DNA of 64,000 nucleotides from Thalassobaculaceae bacterium (lineage in GTDB: Bacteria > Pseudomonadota > Alphaproteobacteria > Thalassobaculales > Thalassobaculaceae), in contig OZ245843.1 in the NCBI GenBank assembly GCA_965228875.1, positions 2,338,616-2,402,615 on the forward strand. The letters are read 5' to 3'. Position numbers and translations under genes: made by a program. A model generated the notes under the pieces. The model ran no database searches, had not been told where the DNA came from, and saw only the letters and a list, made by a program, of their open reading frames with translations. Positions 48,924 to 58,576 of the stretch are shown piece by piece (the first letter of the stretch is position 1; each line of letters opens with the position of its first letter).

Positions 48924-49669
48924 CTCCCTCGTGCCTCGCGGGCGCGCCGTACCTCCTCCTGGTAGCGCAGGACCCGGTCCTTCAGGCCCGGCCGTGACGC
49001 CGAGGCCACCAGCTCCGCCATGTCCCGCGCCCGGCCGTCCTCCAGCGTCAGCGCACCGACGGTCGCCAGGATCCCGCTCTCCAGCCGCGTCGCCATGGCC
49101 GCGGCCCGCTCGACTTCGCCGGCGACCGCCTCCTCGTCGACCACGGCGTCGATCAGGCCGAGCGCCAGGGCCTCGTCCTGGTCGAGCCGGCGGCCGCTGG
49201 CGACGATCTGAAGGGCGTTGTCCGGGCCGACCCGCCCGGCGAGTCGGCGGGTGCCCAGCGCGATGCCGAACCCGGCACCCGGAAAGGCCAACCGAGCGCT
49301 GCCGACCGCGATCCGCCGGCGACAGGCCGCGACCAGATCGGCCCCGGCGCCCATCGCGGCGCCGCGCACCAGCGCCAGGGTCGGCACCGGTGCGTGAAAG
49401 ACCACCTGGAGCAGGGTCTCGATCCGCACCAGCCGCAGCAGCAGGTCGCCGTCGCTCAACGCCTCCAGGTCGCCGAGGTCGAACCCGGCGCAGAAATGCT
49501 TGCCGTCGCCGTCCAGAACGATCAGCCGGGCACCCTCACCCGGCGCGGCGTCGATGGCGGCGAGAAGAGCCTCCACGATGTCGGGGCCGAGGGCGTTGCT
49601 CCGTTCGGCCCGATTCAGGGTCAGGCGCAGGACGGCCCCATCCCTGGACGCCAGAACCGGCGCGCTCAC
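48920..49669 (-). CDS. Enoyl-CoA hydratase/isomerase (crotonase) family, non-canonical catalytic residues
   Basis: TLNRAERSNAL, FCAGFDL, GAAMGAGADL, AFPGAGFG. Confidence 0.85.
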   Translation of the reverse strand: MSAPVLASRDGAVLRLTLNRAERSNALGPDIVEALLAAIDAAPGEGARLIVLDGDGKHFCAGFDLGDLEALSDGDLLLRLVRIETLLQVVFHAPVPTLALVRGAAMGAGADLVAACRRRIAVGSARLAFPGAGFGIALGTRRLAGRVGPDNALQIVASGRRLDQDEALALGLIDAVVDEEAVAGEVERAAAMATRLESGILATVGALTLEDGRARDMAELVASASRPGLKDRVLRYQEEVRRAREARGR

Positions 49670-50733
49670 CCCGCCGCTCCCAGGGCGTCGGCGATCGTCT
49701 GTCCGGCCCGGGTCGTCGTCGCGGTGCCGCCGAGATCGACGGTTCGTCCTTCGGCCGAGGCGAGCGCGGTATCGACCGCCCGCTCCAGAGCCATGGCGGC
49801 GCGCATCGCCGTGTCGTCGCCGGTATTGCGGGCGATCCAGCCGATCAGCATCGCGGAGGACAGGACCAGGGACGTCGGGTTGGCCGCCCCCCGGCCGGCG
49901 ATGTCCGGCGCGGTGCCGTGAGCCGCCTGGGCGATGGCGTACCGGTCGCCGGCGTTCAGCGAGCCGGCAACGCCGAGGCCGCCGGCCAGCTCCGCCGCCT
50001 GGTTCGACAGGATGTCACCGAACATGTTCGACGTGACGATGACGTCGAACCGCTCGGGTTCGCGCACCAGGAGCGACGCCATGGCGTCGACCAGCACTTC
50101 CTCGACCTCGACGCCGCTCTCCTCGCGGGCCGCCGCCTGGACGGCGTTGCGGAACAGGCCGTCTGACAGCTTCAGCACGTTCGACTTGGTGACGATTGTC
50201 AGCTTGCCGCGCCGGCCGGCAGCGAGTGCCGCCGCCGTCCGGCCGATCCGCTCCGAGCCCTGGCGTGTGATCTTGCGCACCGCCAGCGCGAGATCCGGCG
50301 TCGGCATGAACTCGCCCGATCCCACATGCATGGTCCGATCGGCGTAGAATCCCTCCGTGTTCTCGCGGGCGATGACCAGATCCATCGACCCGGCCAGCGC
50401 CGGGACGCCGGTGCGGGTGCGCGACGGTCGGATATTGGCGTAGAGATCGAGACGTTTGCGGAACTCGGCAGACGGGTTCAGCCCGCCCTGATCCGGTGGA
50501 GGATAGCTGGCGGTATCGACCGGGCCGAGGATGACGCCGTCGACCTCGGTCGCACGGGCGAACGTCGCCTCGCTGACCGTGACCCCGTCCCGCCGCAGCC
50601 CCTCCAGGCCGACCCGACCCGGCTCGACCTCCAGGCCTAAGCGGTACTCGGTCTCCAGGCGCGCCAGCACCAGCGAGACGGCGTCGGTGATCTCCGGTCC
50701 GATGCCGTCACCCGGCAACAGCAGCAGTCTCAT
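49666..50733 (-). CDS. Isocitrate/isopropylmalate dehydrogenase family protein (second paralog)
   Basis: LPGDGIGPEI, LYANIRP, RENTEGFY, NMFGDILSN, HGTAPDIAG. Confidence 0.9.
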   Translation of the reverse strand: MRLLLLPGDGIGPEITDAVSLVLARLETEYRLGLEVEPGRVGLEGLRRDGVTVSEATFARATEVDGVILGPVDTASYPPPDQGGLNPSAEFRKRLDLYANIRPSRTRTGVPALAGSMDLVIARENTEGFYADRTMHVGSGEFMPTPDLALAVRKITRQGSERIGRTAAALAAGRRGKLTIVTKSNVLKLSDGLFRNAVQAAAREESGVEVEEVLVDAMASLLVREPERFDVIVTSNMFGDILSNQAAELAGGLGVAGSLNAGDRYAIAQAAHGTAPDIAGRGAANPTSLVLSSAMLIGWIARNTGDDTAMRAAMALERAVDTALASAEGRTVDLGGTATTTRAGQTIADALGAAG

Positions 50734-50937
50734 CGTGCCCCCCCTGCGCCCGGTCGTCGCGCCGGACGGATTTCGTTCTTTTGTAGGACGGACGCAACAA
50801 AGGCGTCACAGCCCGCCGTGTATCCAGGCCTCAGCCACGGCACGCGCAAGACGTGCCTCGCTTCGACGGTCGCCCGCCCGCCGGAATCCTCCATCGAGGG
50901 GCGACCCCGCCGTAATCGGCCTTAGGGAGACATACCC

Positions 50938-52848
50938 ATGGATCGCTTGCAAGACACCGATCATCAGACTGCCGTCCAGGATCTGTCCTTCGACGATTGG
51001 GACGAGCTTCAGTCGCCGCCGCCCGCCGTCACCGGTTTCGACGAGGTCGTCGAGCGCGCGATGTCGCGCCGCGGGTTCCTGGGCGGTCTAGCCATGCTGG
51101 GCGGCGCGGCCGCGCTGCTCGGTACCTCGGCTCTAACTCCGGCGCGGGCCGCCACGCGCCTCGCCTTCGACGCCGTGGCCGCCAACACCCTCGACACCGT
51201 GACCGTGCCCAAGGGCTACAGCTGGCATATCGTCGCCGCCTGGGGCGACCCGATGTGGTCGCACGCGCCGGCCTTCGACCAGGAGACCCGCGGCACCGGC
51301 GCAAGCCAGGAGATGGCCTTCGGCGACAACAACGACGGGATGGCGCTGTTCACCGACGGCTCCCGCAACATCCTGGCGGTCAACAACGAGTACACAAACC
51401 GCTCGATCATGTACGGCGCCCGCGAGAGCAAGCTGCCGGAGACGGACGACGACATCCGCAAGGGCAAGGCGGCTCACGGCATCTCGATCGTCGAGGTCGC
51501 GGAGACCGACGGCGTCTGGAGCATCGTCAAGGACAGCCCGGTCAACCGCCGCATCACCGCCGACACGCCGATGGAGATCACCGGCCCGGCGCGCGGCCAC
51601 GACCTGCTGAAGACCGAGGCCGACCCGACCGGCACAACCTCGCTCGGCACCTGGAACAACTGCGGCAACGGCCGCACCCCGTGGGGCACCTACCTGGCCT
51701 GCGAGGAGAATTTCAACGGCTACTTCTCCTCCTCCGACGCCGCGTACACGCCGAGCGCCGAGCTCGGTCGCTACGGCGTGAAGACCGAGGACTGGGGCTA
51801 CGCCTGGGCCACCGCCGACGCGCGTTTCGACATCTCGAAGAACCCGAACGAGCCGAACCGGGCGGGCTACATCGTCGAGATCGACCCGTTCGACCCGACC
51901 TCGACGCCGAAGAAGCGCACCGCGCTCGGCCGCTTCAAGCACGAGAACGCCGAACTGGTGATCAACGGCTCCGGCCATGCGGTCGTCTACATGGGCGACG
52001 ATGAGCGCGGCGAGTTCCTCTACAGGTTCGTCTCCGAGGGCACTTACAGCATTGGCGGCGACAACGCCGACCTGCTGGAGTCCGGCACCCTGTACGTCGC
52101 GAAGTTCAACGACGACGGCACCGGGGAGTGGCTGGCCCTGACGCCGGAGACCACCGGCATGGCCTCCCAGGCCGAGGTCTGCGTCCACACCCGCCAGGCC
52201 GCCTCGGCGGTGGGTGCGACCACGATGGATCGCCCGGAGTGGGTCGCGGCCAACCCGAAGAAGGCCGAGATCTACTGCTGCCTGACCAATAACAAGAACC
52301 GCGGCGTGAAGCCGAACGCCGGTGGCGACGACACGTCGGTGAACGGACCGAACCCGCGCGAGAAGAACAACTACGGCCAGATCGTGCGCTGGATGCCGGA
52401 GGACGCCGACCACACCGCCACCGGCTTCTCCTGGAACCTGTACGTGGTGGCCGGCAACCCGACGGTCCACTCCGACGCCTATGCCGGCTCGGCGAACGTG
52501 ACCGCCGACAACATGTTCAACTCGCCGGACGGCCTGGCGTTCGACAGCACCGGCCTGCTGTGGATCCAGACCGACGGCAGCTACAAGAATGCAGGTGACT
52601 TCGCGGGTCAGGGCAACAACCAGATGCTGGTCGGTGATCCGGAGACCGGGGAGATCAAGCGCTTTCTCGTCGGCCCGAACGAGTGCGAGGTCACCGGCAT
52701 TACCTGGAGTGCCGACCGCAGGACGCTGTTCGTCGGCATCCAGCATCCGGGCGAGAAGGGCAACAGCCACTTCCCCGGCGGCGGCGGCTCGGTTCCGCGT
52801 TCCTGCGTGGTCGCCATCAAGCGCGACGATAACGGCCTGATCGGCTGA
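50938..52848 (+). CDS. phoX: PhoX-family alkaline phosphatase (Tat-exported)
   Basis: SRRGFLGG Tat motif, NNDGM, VNNEY, NCGNG.TPWGTYL.CEENF, GRFKHE, MDRPE, SPDG, GIQHPG. Confidence 0.95.
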   Translation: MDRLQDTDHQTAVQDLSFDDWDELQSPPPAVTGFDEVVERAMSRRGFLGGLAMLGGAAALLGTSALTPARAATRLAFDAVAANTLDTVTVPKGYSWHIVAAWGDPMWSHAPAFDQETRGTGASQEMAFGDNNDGMALFTDGSRNILAVNNEYTNRSIMYGARESKLPETDDDIRKGKAAHGISIVEVAETDGVWSIVKDSPVNRRITADTPMEITGPARGHDLLKTEADPTGTTSLGTWNNCGNGRTPWGTYLACEENFNGYFSSSDAAYTPSAELGRYGVKTEDWGYAWATADARFDISKNPNEPNRAGYIVEIDPFDPTSTPKKRTALGRFKHENAELVINGSGHAVVYMGDDERGEFLYRFVSEGTYSIGGDNADLLESGTLYVAKFNDDGTGEWLALTPETTGMASQAEVCVHTRQAASAVGATTMDRPEWVAANPKKAEIYCCLTNNKNRGVKPNAGGDDTSVNGPNPREKNNYGQIVRWMPEDADHTATGFSWNLYVVAGNPTVHSDAYAGSANVTADNMFNSPDGLAFDSTGLLWIQTDGSYKNAGDFAGQGNNQMLVGDPETGEIKRFLVGPNECEVTGITWSADRRTLFVGIQHPGEKGNSHFPGGGGSVPRSCVVAIKRDDNGLIG

Positions 52849-52875
52849 ATAGCCGAACATGGCGATGACGGGCGG

Positions 52876-52895
52876 GGGCGGCCTTCGGGCCGCCC
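52876..52895. terminator. Hairpin between convergent phoX and hydrolase genes
   Basis: GGGCGGCC-TTCG-GGCCGCCC (cUUCGg tetraloop); weak U-tract. Confidence 0.6.
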
Positions 52896-52902
52896 TCTGC
52901 GT

Positions 52903-53745
52903 TCAGGAAGCCTGAAGGATCCGAAGCGCCGTCGCGTTGAACCACGGCGCATCCTCGTACTGGACCCAGTGGCCGATGCCGTCGCGCATGGCGATGTCAG
53001 CGTCGGGCTGGATCGCGCGCAGATGGGCGTGGCGTGGCTCGAAGTACCCGACGGCGGTCACGTCCTCCGCCCCCCAGATCAGGTTGATCCGCCCCTTGAT
53101 GAGCGGGAACGTCCGGGCCAGCCGGTCGCTCAGCGAGATCGGCCGCGAGCGGATGCGGTTGCGGGCCATGTTGATCTGCTGAATGTGGTCGGCCAGCGGA
53201 TCGATATTGGCCTCGTCGGCGAACATCAGGATCTTCAGGTTGTGGCGGCGGATACGCGCCTGCTCCTCCGGCGGCATGTGCGGCTCGACCCGGATCATCT
53301 GCTGGGTGACCTTGCTTCGGGCACCCATGCCGGCGGCCCCGGTGCCGGTATAGCTGACCACCCGGTCGCCGAGTGCGGCCGCCGCCAGACCGCCGATGAT
53401 CGAGCCGAAGGAGAAGCACAGGAGGCGGATCGGCTCGCCCTCCCCTGTCACCCGGCGCACGCCCGCGGTGACGGTGGCGGCGAGGCTGTCGGCATCATAG
53501 GGCTGCTCCGGGTCGTCGCTGTCGCCCTGGCCCGGCATGTCGGCGGCGATGACGCGGTAATGCTGGGCCAGCACCTCGACGTTGCGGACCCAGTGGTTCC
53601 ACGACCCGAAGCCGCCATGCAGCAGGATCAGCGGCTCACCCGCTCCCCATTCGCGCCATACCATGGAACCCTGACCGCACGGGGTGCGGTGGGTGGTGGC
53701 CAGGGCTTCGATGCGGGCGAGTTCGTCGGCGGGAGAAAGGCTCAT
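52903..53745 (-). CDS. Alpha/beta-fold hydrolase
   Basis: LLHGGFGS, DMPGQGDS, nucleophile elbow CFSFG, WGAED, GHWVQYE. Confidence 0.88.
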   Translation of the reverse strand: MSLSPADELARIEALATTHRTPCGQGSMVWREWGAGEPLILLHGGFGSWNHWVRNVEVLAQHYRVIAADMPGQGDSDDPEQPYDADSLAATVTAGVRRVTGEGEPIRLLCFSFGSIIGGLAAAALGDRVVSYTGTGAAGMGARSKVTQQMIRVEPHMPPEEQARIRRHNLKILMFADEANIDPLADHIQQINMARNRIRSRPISLSDRLARTFPLIKGRINLIWGAEDVTAVGYFEPRHAHLRAIQPDADIAMRDGIGHWVQYEDAPWFNATALRILQAS

Positions 53746-53777
53746 GCACCTGAGAGAAGCCGGGGCGGCGGCGGGTG

Positions 53778-55016
53778 TCAACGCCTCAACTCCGGCACCA
53801 GCACGATCAGGACCGCCAGCGCCACCAGCCCTTCCAGCGAGATCACCGTCAGCGCCATCGATCCGCCGAGCCAGTCGGCCAGCCAGCCCACATGCAGCAC
53901 ACCGAGCGGTCCGGCACCGATGCACACCGACAGGATCCCCATCAGCCGCGAGCGGATTTCCGGCGGCGCCTCGGAAAACATGATGGCGCTCTGCATGGAG
54001 GCGAAACCGGCGATCCCGAACCCGCCGACCGCCAGGACCATGAGCGCGATGCCGTAGTCGGTCACCAGCGAGAAGACGAAGACGCAGGCGACGAACAGGG
54101 CCGAACCGGCGAGGTAGATCCGCCGGAACCGCTCGGGTGCGGCCATGAAGGCGATCATCAGCGCCCCGAGGAAGGCGCCGCCCCCCTCGACGGACAGCAG
54201 CATCCCGATCTGCACCGGATCGGCGCGGAAGGTCTGCTCGCCCACCACCGGCACCATGGCCGCATAGGGAAAGGCGAACAGGTTGACGATCACGGTGATC
54301 CCGAGATGCCCCATCAGGGCTCGCGACCGGCGCAGGTAGGCGAAGCCGTCGCGGATTTCCGCGATCAGGGCGAAGGGCCGCGGCTCCCGCTCGGCCGCCT
54401 TGTAGACCACCAGAACCGCCAGCAGCACCGCGACGGCGTAGAACGCGCAGGCGATGGCATAGACGCCGAACATGCCGACGGCCGCGTACAGCCCGCCACC
54501 GGCGATCGGGCCGATCATGCGGGTCGCATTGTTCGAGGCGCTGTCCATCGACATGGCAGGACCGAGCCGTTCCCGTCCCACGCTCTCGCCGAGGATCGTC
54601 CTCCGGACCGGAAAATCGGTCGACCAGCCGAGGCCGGACACGAACGCACCGAGGCCGACATGCCAGATCTCCAGCGCCTCCGCCCAGGCCAGCAGCGCGA
54701 GCACCCCGGCGGTCCCGCACATCAGCGCCAGCGAGAGCACCAGCAGGACCTTGCGGTCGAGCCTGTCGGCCACAACGCCGGTGACCGTGCCGAACATCGC
54801 CATCGGCAGCATGCGCAGCACCGTCATCAGCGCCACCATCACCGGCGAGCGGGTGAGTTCGAACACCCACACGCCGACCGCCAGCAGTTCCAGCCAGCGC
54901 ATGGCGCCCATCAGGACGCCGATGGTCCAGAGCTTGCGGAAGGTGGGATCGGCGACGAGGGAAAGCGGACCCGCCGCCCGACTTCTCCCGTCGCCGCCCC
55001 TGGCGGTCGATGACAT
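53778..55016 (-). CDS. MFS transporter
   Basis: About twelve TM helices, GVVADRLDRK motif A, RSRLMG. Confidence 0.9.
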   Translation of the reverse strand: MSSTARGGDGRSRAAGPLSLVADPTFRKLWTIGVLMGAMRWLELLAVGVWVFELTRSPVMVALMTVLRMLPMAMFGTVTGVVADRLDRKVLLVLSLALMCGTAGVLALLAWAEALEIWHVGLGAFVSGLGWSTDFPVRRTILGESVGRERLGPAMSMDSASNNATRMIGPIAGGGLYAAVGMFGVYAIACAFYAVAVLLAVLVVYKAAEREPRPFALIAEIRDGFAYLRRSRALMGHLGITVIVNLFAFPYAAMVPVVGEQTFRADPVQIGMLLSVEGGGAFLGALMIAFMAAPERFRRIYLAGSALFVACVFVFSLVTDYGIALMVLAVGGFGIAGFASMQSAIMFSEAPPEIRSRLMGILSVCIGAGPLGVLHVGWLADWLGGSMALTVISLEGLVALAVLIVLVPELRR

Positions 55017-55024
55017 CTACGATC

Positions 55025-56416
55025 TCATGGGATTTCGCCGGCGCGGCGGAGCATATCGATGGACGCGGCGAACGCCTCGGCGGTGCGGGCGACCTCCGCC
55101 GGGCCGTGGGTGACCGACACCAGACCGCCGCACATCGGGTTGGTGTCGACACCGTTGACCAGCATGGCCAGACGCAGCAGCCGGATCAGGTCCTTCGGCC
55201 GGTCCTTCATCGCCACCGCCGGCACCGACAGCGGGTCGAAGGACGCCGGATCCACCGGACGGTCCGACTGAACGAACAGGTGGAAGGTGGAGTAGCCGCC
55301 ATAGACCGCCCACGGCACGCCCCGGTCGACCAGCACCCGGGTCAAAGCCTCGCGGATCGCCGCGCCGGTGTCGTTGGCTCGGGCGCAGACACCCTCCTCG
55401 GCGATGATGGTCAGCGCCTCGCTTCCGGCGGCGGCGGAGACCGGGTTGGCGTTGAAGGTTCCGGGATGGCCGATCTTCTCGCGGCCGCGCGCGGCGGCGG
55501 CCTCGAAGTCGAGCCCGTCCAGGATATCGCGGCGCCCGCCGACCGCACCGCCCGGCAGGCCACCGGCCAGAATCTTGGCCCAGGACGACAGATCGGGGGT
55601 GATGCCGAACACCTCCGCCGCCCCGCCAGGCGCGAGGCGGAAGCCGGTGACAACCTCATCCAGGATCAGCAGCACGCCGTGCCGCGCCGTCTCCTCCCGC
55701 AGCAACGCGAGGAAGTCCGGCGCCAGCGGCGTGAAACCGGTGCCGCCACCGGTCGGTTCGACGATCGCCGCGGCGATGTCCGGATCCGTCGCCAGCAGCG
55801 CGCGCAGCCCGTCGGCATCGTTGGGATCGAGCAGAACGACACCGTCGCTCACCCCGTCGAGGACGCCCGGCGACGAGCGGCCGTCGAAATGCGAGGCCAC
55901 GCCACTGGTCATGTGGTCGTGCCAGCCGTGGAAATGGGTACGGAAGCGGACGATCTTGCGCTTGCCGGTGAAGTCTCGGGCCAGGCGCAACGCCATCAGC
56001 GTCGCTTCCGTGCCCGACGAGGTGAAGCGGATCCGTTCGGCGGACGGGCACAGCCGGCGGACCGCCCGAGCCCAGGCGATCTCGCGGCGCTGGCCGGCGC
56101 CGAACTGGGTGCCTTCGGCCATCGCCGCCTGGGCCGCCGCGGTCACACGGGGGTGGGCATGGCCGAGAAGCAGGGCGCCGTGACCGCCGTAGAAATCGAC
56201 ATACTCGTTGCCGTCCACGTCCCACTTGGTCGGCCCCTCCGCCCGCTCGACGTAGAGGCCGTAGGGTTTCAGGTGCCGGGCGTCGTGGGTCACGCCGCTC
56301 GGGAACAGATCCCGGGCCTCGCGCGCCAGGTCGGCCGAGCCGGGCGTTCTCTCGCGATACGCCGCCTCGATCGGCGAGTTGGTCAGTGCCTCTTCGGCGG
56401 CACGGCTGTCGGGCAT
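55025..56416 (-). CDS. Class III PLP aminotransferase (glutamate-1-semialdehyde aminomutase-like)
   Basis: WDVDGNEYVD, SGTEAT, FHGWHD, DEVVTGFR, WAKILAGGLP, GTFNANP; GGGAGG RBS. Confidence 0.9.
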   Translation of the reverse strand: MPDSRAAEEALTNSPIEAAYRERTPGSADLAREARDLFPSGVTHDARHLKPYGLYVERAEGPTKWDVDGNEYVDFYGGHGALLLGHAHPRVTAAAQAAMAEGTQFGAGQRREIAWARAVRRLCPSAERIRFTSSGTEATLMALRLARDFTGKRKIVRFRTHFHGWHDHMTSGVASHFDGRSSPGVLDGVSDGVVLLDPNDADGLRALLATDPDIAAAIVEPTGGGTGFTPLAPDFLALLREETARHGVLLILDEVVTGFRLAPGGAAEVFGITPDLSSWAKILAGGLPGGAVGGRRDILDGLDFEAAAARGREKIGHPGTFNANPVSAAAGSEALTIIAEEGVCARANDTGAAIREALTRVLVDRGVPWAVYGGYSTFHLFVQSDRPVDPASFDPLSVPAVAMKDRPKDLIRLLRLAMLVNGVDTNPMCGGLVSVTHGPAEVARTAEAFAASIDMLRRAGEIP

Positions 56417-56426
56417 GAAACCTCCC

Positions 56427-56542
56427 CAGAGCAAGTCACGATCGAGAGGAAGCATCTGATCGTGTAGATTTACTCTACTTATTAATGACTTAGAGAGCGA
56501 TTCACGGTTCAGACCTGTTCGATCTGAACCGATCGCGCTCTA
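56427..56542 (+). repeat. About 115-bp bipartite palindromic intergenic element (Bru-RS/RIME/MITE-like)
   Basis: Two imperfect hairpins (AGAGCAAGTCACGATC...GATCGTG..TTTACTCT and TAGAGAGCGAT..CGGTTCAGA...TCTGAACCGATCGCGCTCTA) joined by an AT-rich linker; related copies at 5788 and 10862. Confidence 0.8.
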
Positions 56543-57670
56543 ATCCGCCGCGGCGGATACCCGTTTGTCCGCCATGTAGGCCGCCAGTTTCGGGCCGACC
56601 TCCTCGGCCATGACGGTGAACGACTTGCGCCACATGGGCAGCGCCCCCGCCATGTCGTGACCGGTCAGCATCAGGGTACCGAAATCGCCGACCTCGTCGC
56701 GGAAGGCGACCAGCCGGTCCAGCACGGATGACGCGGTCCCGGCGATCACCAGTTCCTTGGCCTTGACCATCGCCTCGGCCTTCGCCGCGTCCCAGTCGAT
56801 ATCGGTGCTGAAGTCTCCGGCAGCGAGTTTCCCCTGGGTGTTCAGGTAGGTGTAGTACCAGGTGAAGGTGCCCTCGGGATCGTTCAGGATCTCTTCGGCC
56901 TCGGCCTCGGTATCGGTGATCAGCACGCTGCGCCCGACACGCCAGACCGCGGGGTCGGGCCGCCGGCCCGCCTGCTCCGCTCCGGCGGCATAGGAGGGCC
57001 AGTGGGTGGCGATGTCCGCGGCCGGAACGAAGTTGCCCGACAGCAGACACCAGCCGCGCTGGCCGGCGAAATTGGCGGTCATGGAGTTGGCGCCGCGTAC
57101 CGACACGGCGATCGGCGGATGCGGCTGCTGGTAGGGACGGATGAAGCGGCCGATCCCCATTTCCGGCAGGACCCGGTCGGTGATCGACGCGGTGACGTGC
57201 TCGCCCACATGGGCGAACGGCGGATCCTCGCTCCAGACCTTGAGGATCAGGTCGATGGACTCGATCATCGCCATCGCCCGCTTGCGTCCGTCGAGGTTGC
57301 CGAACACCTCCCAGTCGCTGGACAGGCCGCCGGAGCCGATTCCGAACAGGAACCGCCCCCTGGACAGGTGATCGAACAGGGCGGCATGGCCGGCCACGAC
57401 GACCGGATGCTGCTGCGGCAGCGAAATCACCCCGGTCCCGAACTTGATCTGCCTCGTCTCGGCGATCAGCGAGGCGTTGAAGATCAGCGGCGAGGGGATC
57501 GGCTCGCCGGTCGACGTGTAGTGCTCGCCCATCCAGGCCTCGGAGAACCCGAGCCGGTCGCCGAGCGTCACCAGTTCCCGGTTCTCCTCGATCACTTCCG
57601 TCAGGTCGCGGCTCGGCGGATGCAGCGGCATCATGAACAGGCCGAGATTCACCATCGGCATTTCCCCCAT
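56540..57670 (-). CDS. Luciferase-like (LLM class) flavin-dependent monooxygenase
   Basis: GLFMMPLHP, AWMGEH, FGTGV.SLP..HP, DHLSRGR...GIG, PYQQPHPP; the start may be 57661 or 57655. Confidence 0.9.
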   Translation of the reverse strand: MGEMPMVNLGLFMMPLHPPSRDLTEVIEENRELVTLGDRLGFSEAWMGEHYTSTGEPIPSPLIFNASLIAETRQIKFGTGVISLPQQHPVVVAGHAALFDHLSRGRFLFGIGSGGLSSDWEVFGNLDGRKRAMAMIESIDLILKVWSEDPPFAHVGEHVTASITDRVLPEMGIGRFIRPYQQPHPPIAVSVRGANSMTANFAGQRGWCLLSGNFVPAADIATHWPSYAAGAEQAGRRPDPAVWRVGRSVLITDTEAEAEEILNDPEGTFTWYYTYLNTQGKLAAGDFSTDIDWDAAKAEAMVKAKELVIAGTASSVLDRLVAFRDEVGDFGTLMLTGHDMAGALPMWRKSFTVMAEEVGPKLAAYMADKRVSAAAD

Positions 57671-57764
57671 GCGGTTGGATCCGGACGGACCGGCCTTCGT
57701 GGCTGATCCGTCGACGCTACCACCCCGCCTCCCGGATGCGGAAGCGGCGGAATGGCGGACGCGC

Positions 57765-58520
57765 TCAGACTTTGTGACGGTCGAAGGTCGGGCTCATGAG
57801 GATCTCGTTGAGGCAGGCCCCGGGGCTGAGTGCCGCGAGGAAGGCGACGACGTCGGCCACGTCCTCCGGCTGGATCACCTGCTTCAGTTCCTGGTCGGTC
57901 AGCTTCTTCGGCCGCCGGTCCAGGATCGGCGTGCGCACCTCGCCGGGGCAGATCGCGGTGGCACGGATGCCGTCGTTGCCGTGCTCGCGCTGGATCAGAA
58001 AGCTCAGCGACATCACCGCGTGCTTCGAGGCGCCGTACGCCACGCCGGCGACCTCGGAGTAGAAGCGCCCGGCCCAGGACGAGGTTGTCGCGATCACCCC
58101 GTCCTTCTGGCGCAGCATGATCGGCAGGGCAGCGGCCACGCCGTTGTAGACACCCTTGATGTTGGCGTCGATCACGGTGTCCCAACCGTCCAGCAGGGAC
58201 GGCTCGGCGACCGCCTCGCGCCAGGTGCGCTGGGTCACGTTGGTGCCGGCGTTGTTGAACTGGACGTCGAGGCGCCCGTGCTCGGCATCGATGCGTTTGC
58301 CGGCCTCCAGGACCGTCGCGCGGTCCATCACGTCGAGCGCGATCACATCCACCTTGCCGCCGGCGGAGCGGATCTCCTCGGCAACGGCCTGCAGCGGCTC
58401 CTCGCGCCGGCCGCTGAGGACGACGGTCATGCCGTCCGCGGCGAGCCGGCGAGCCGTCGCCTCTCCGATCCCCGTTCCGGCCCCGGTGATCCACGCCACC
58501 CGTCCCTCGACACTGCGCAT
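57765..58520 (-). CDS. SDR oxidoreductase
   Basis: TGAGTGIG, NNAG, YGASK, ICPGEVRT; GGGAGG RBS. Confidence 0.92.
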   Translation of the reverse strand: MRSVEGRVAWITGAGTGIGEATARRLAADGMTVVLSGRREEPLQAVAEEIRSAGGKVDVIALDVMDRATVLEAGKRIDAEHGRLDVQFNNAGTNVTQRTWREAVAEPSLLDGWDTVIDANIKGVYNGVAAALPIMLRQKDGVIATTSSWAGRFYSEVAGVAYGASKHAVMSLSFLIQREHGNDGIRATAICPGEVRTPILDRRPKKLTDQELKQVIQPEDVADVVAFLAALSPGACLNEILMSPTFDRHKV

Positions 58521-58576
58521 TGGCTAACCCTCCCGTTTGGTCGATACTTGATCGCTTTCCCCCAAAGCTTAGCGAT

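Noticed and set aside
50800..50850. Pho box upstream of phoX
   Set aside because: Only weak GTCAC/GCCAC half-sites without a convincing 11-bp-period direct repeat; expected biologically but not supportable by eye.
50938..51090. Tat motif about 40 residues into PhoX
   Set aside because: An N-terminal extension before the twin-arginine motif is common in PhoX proteins.
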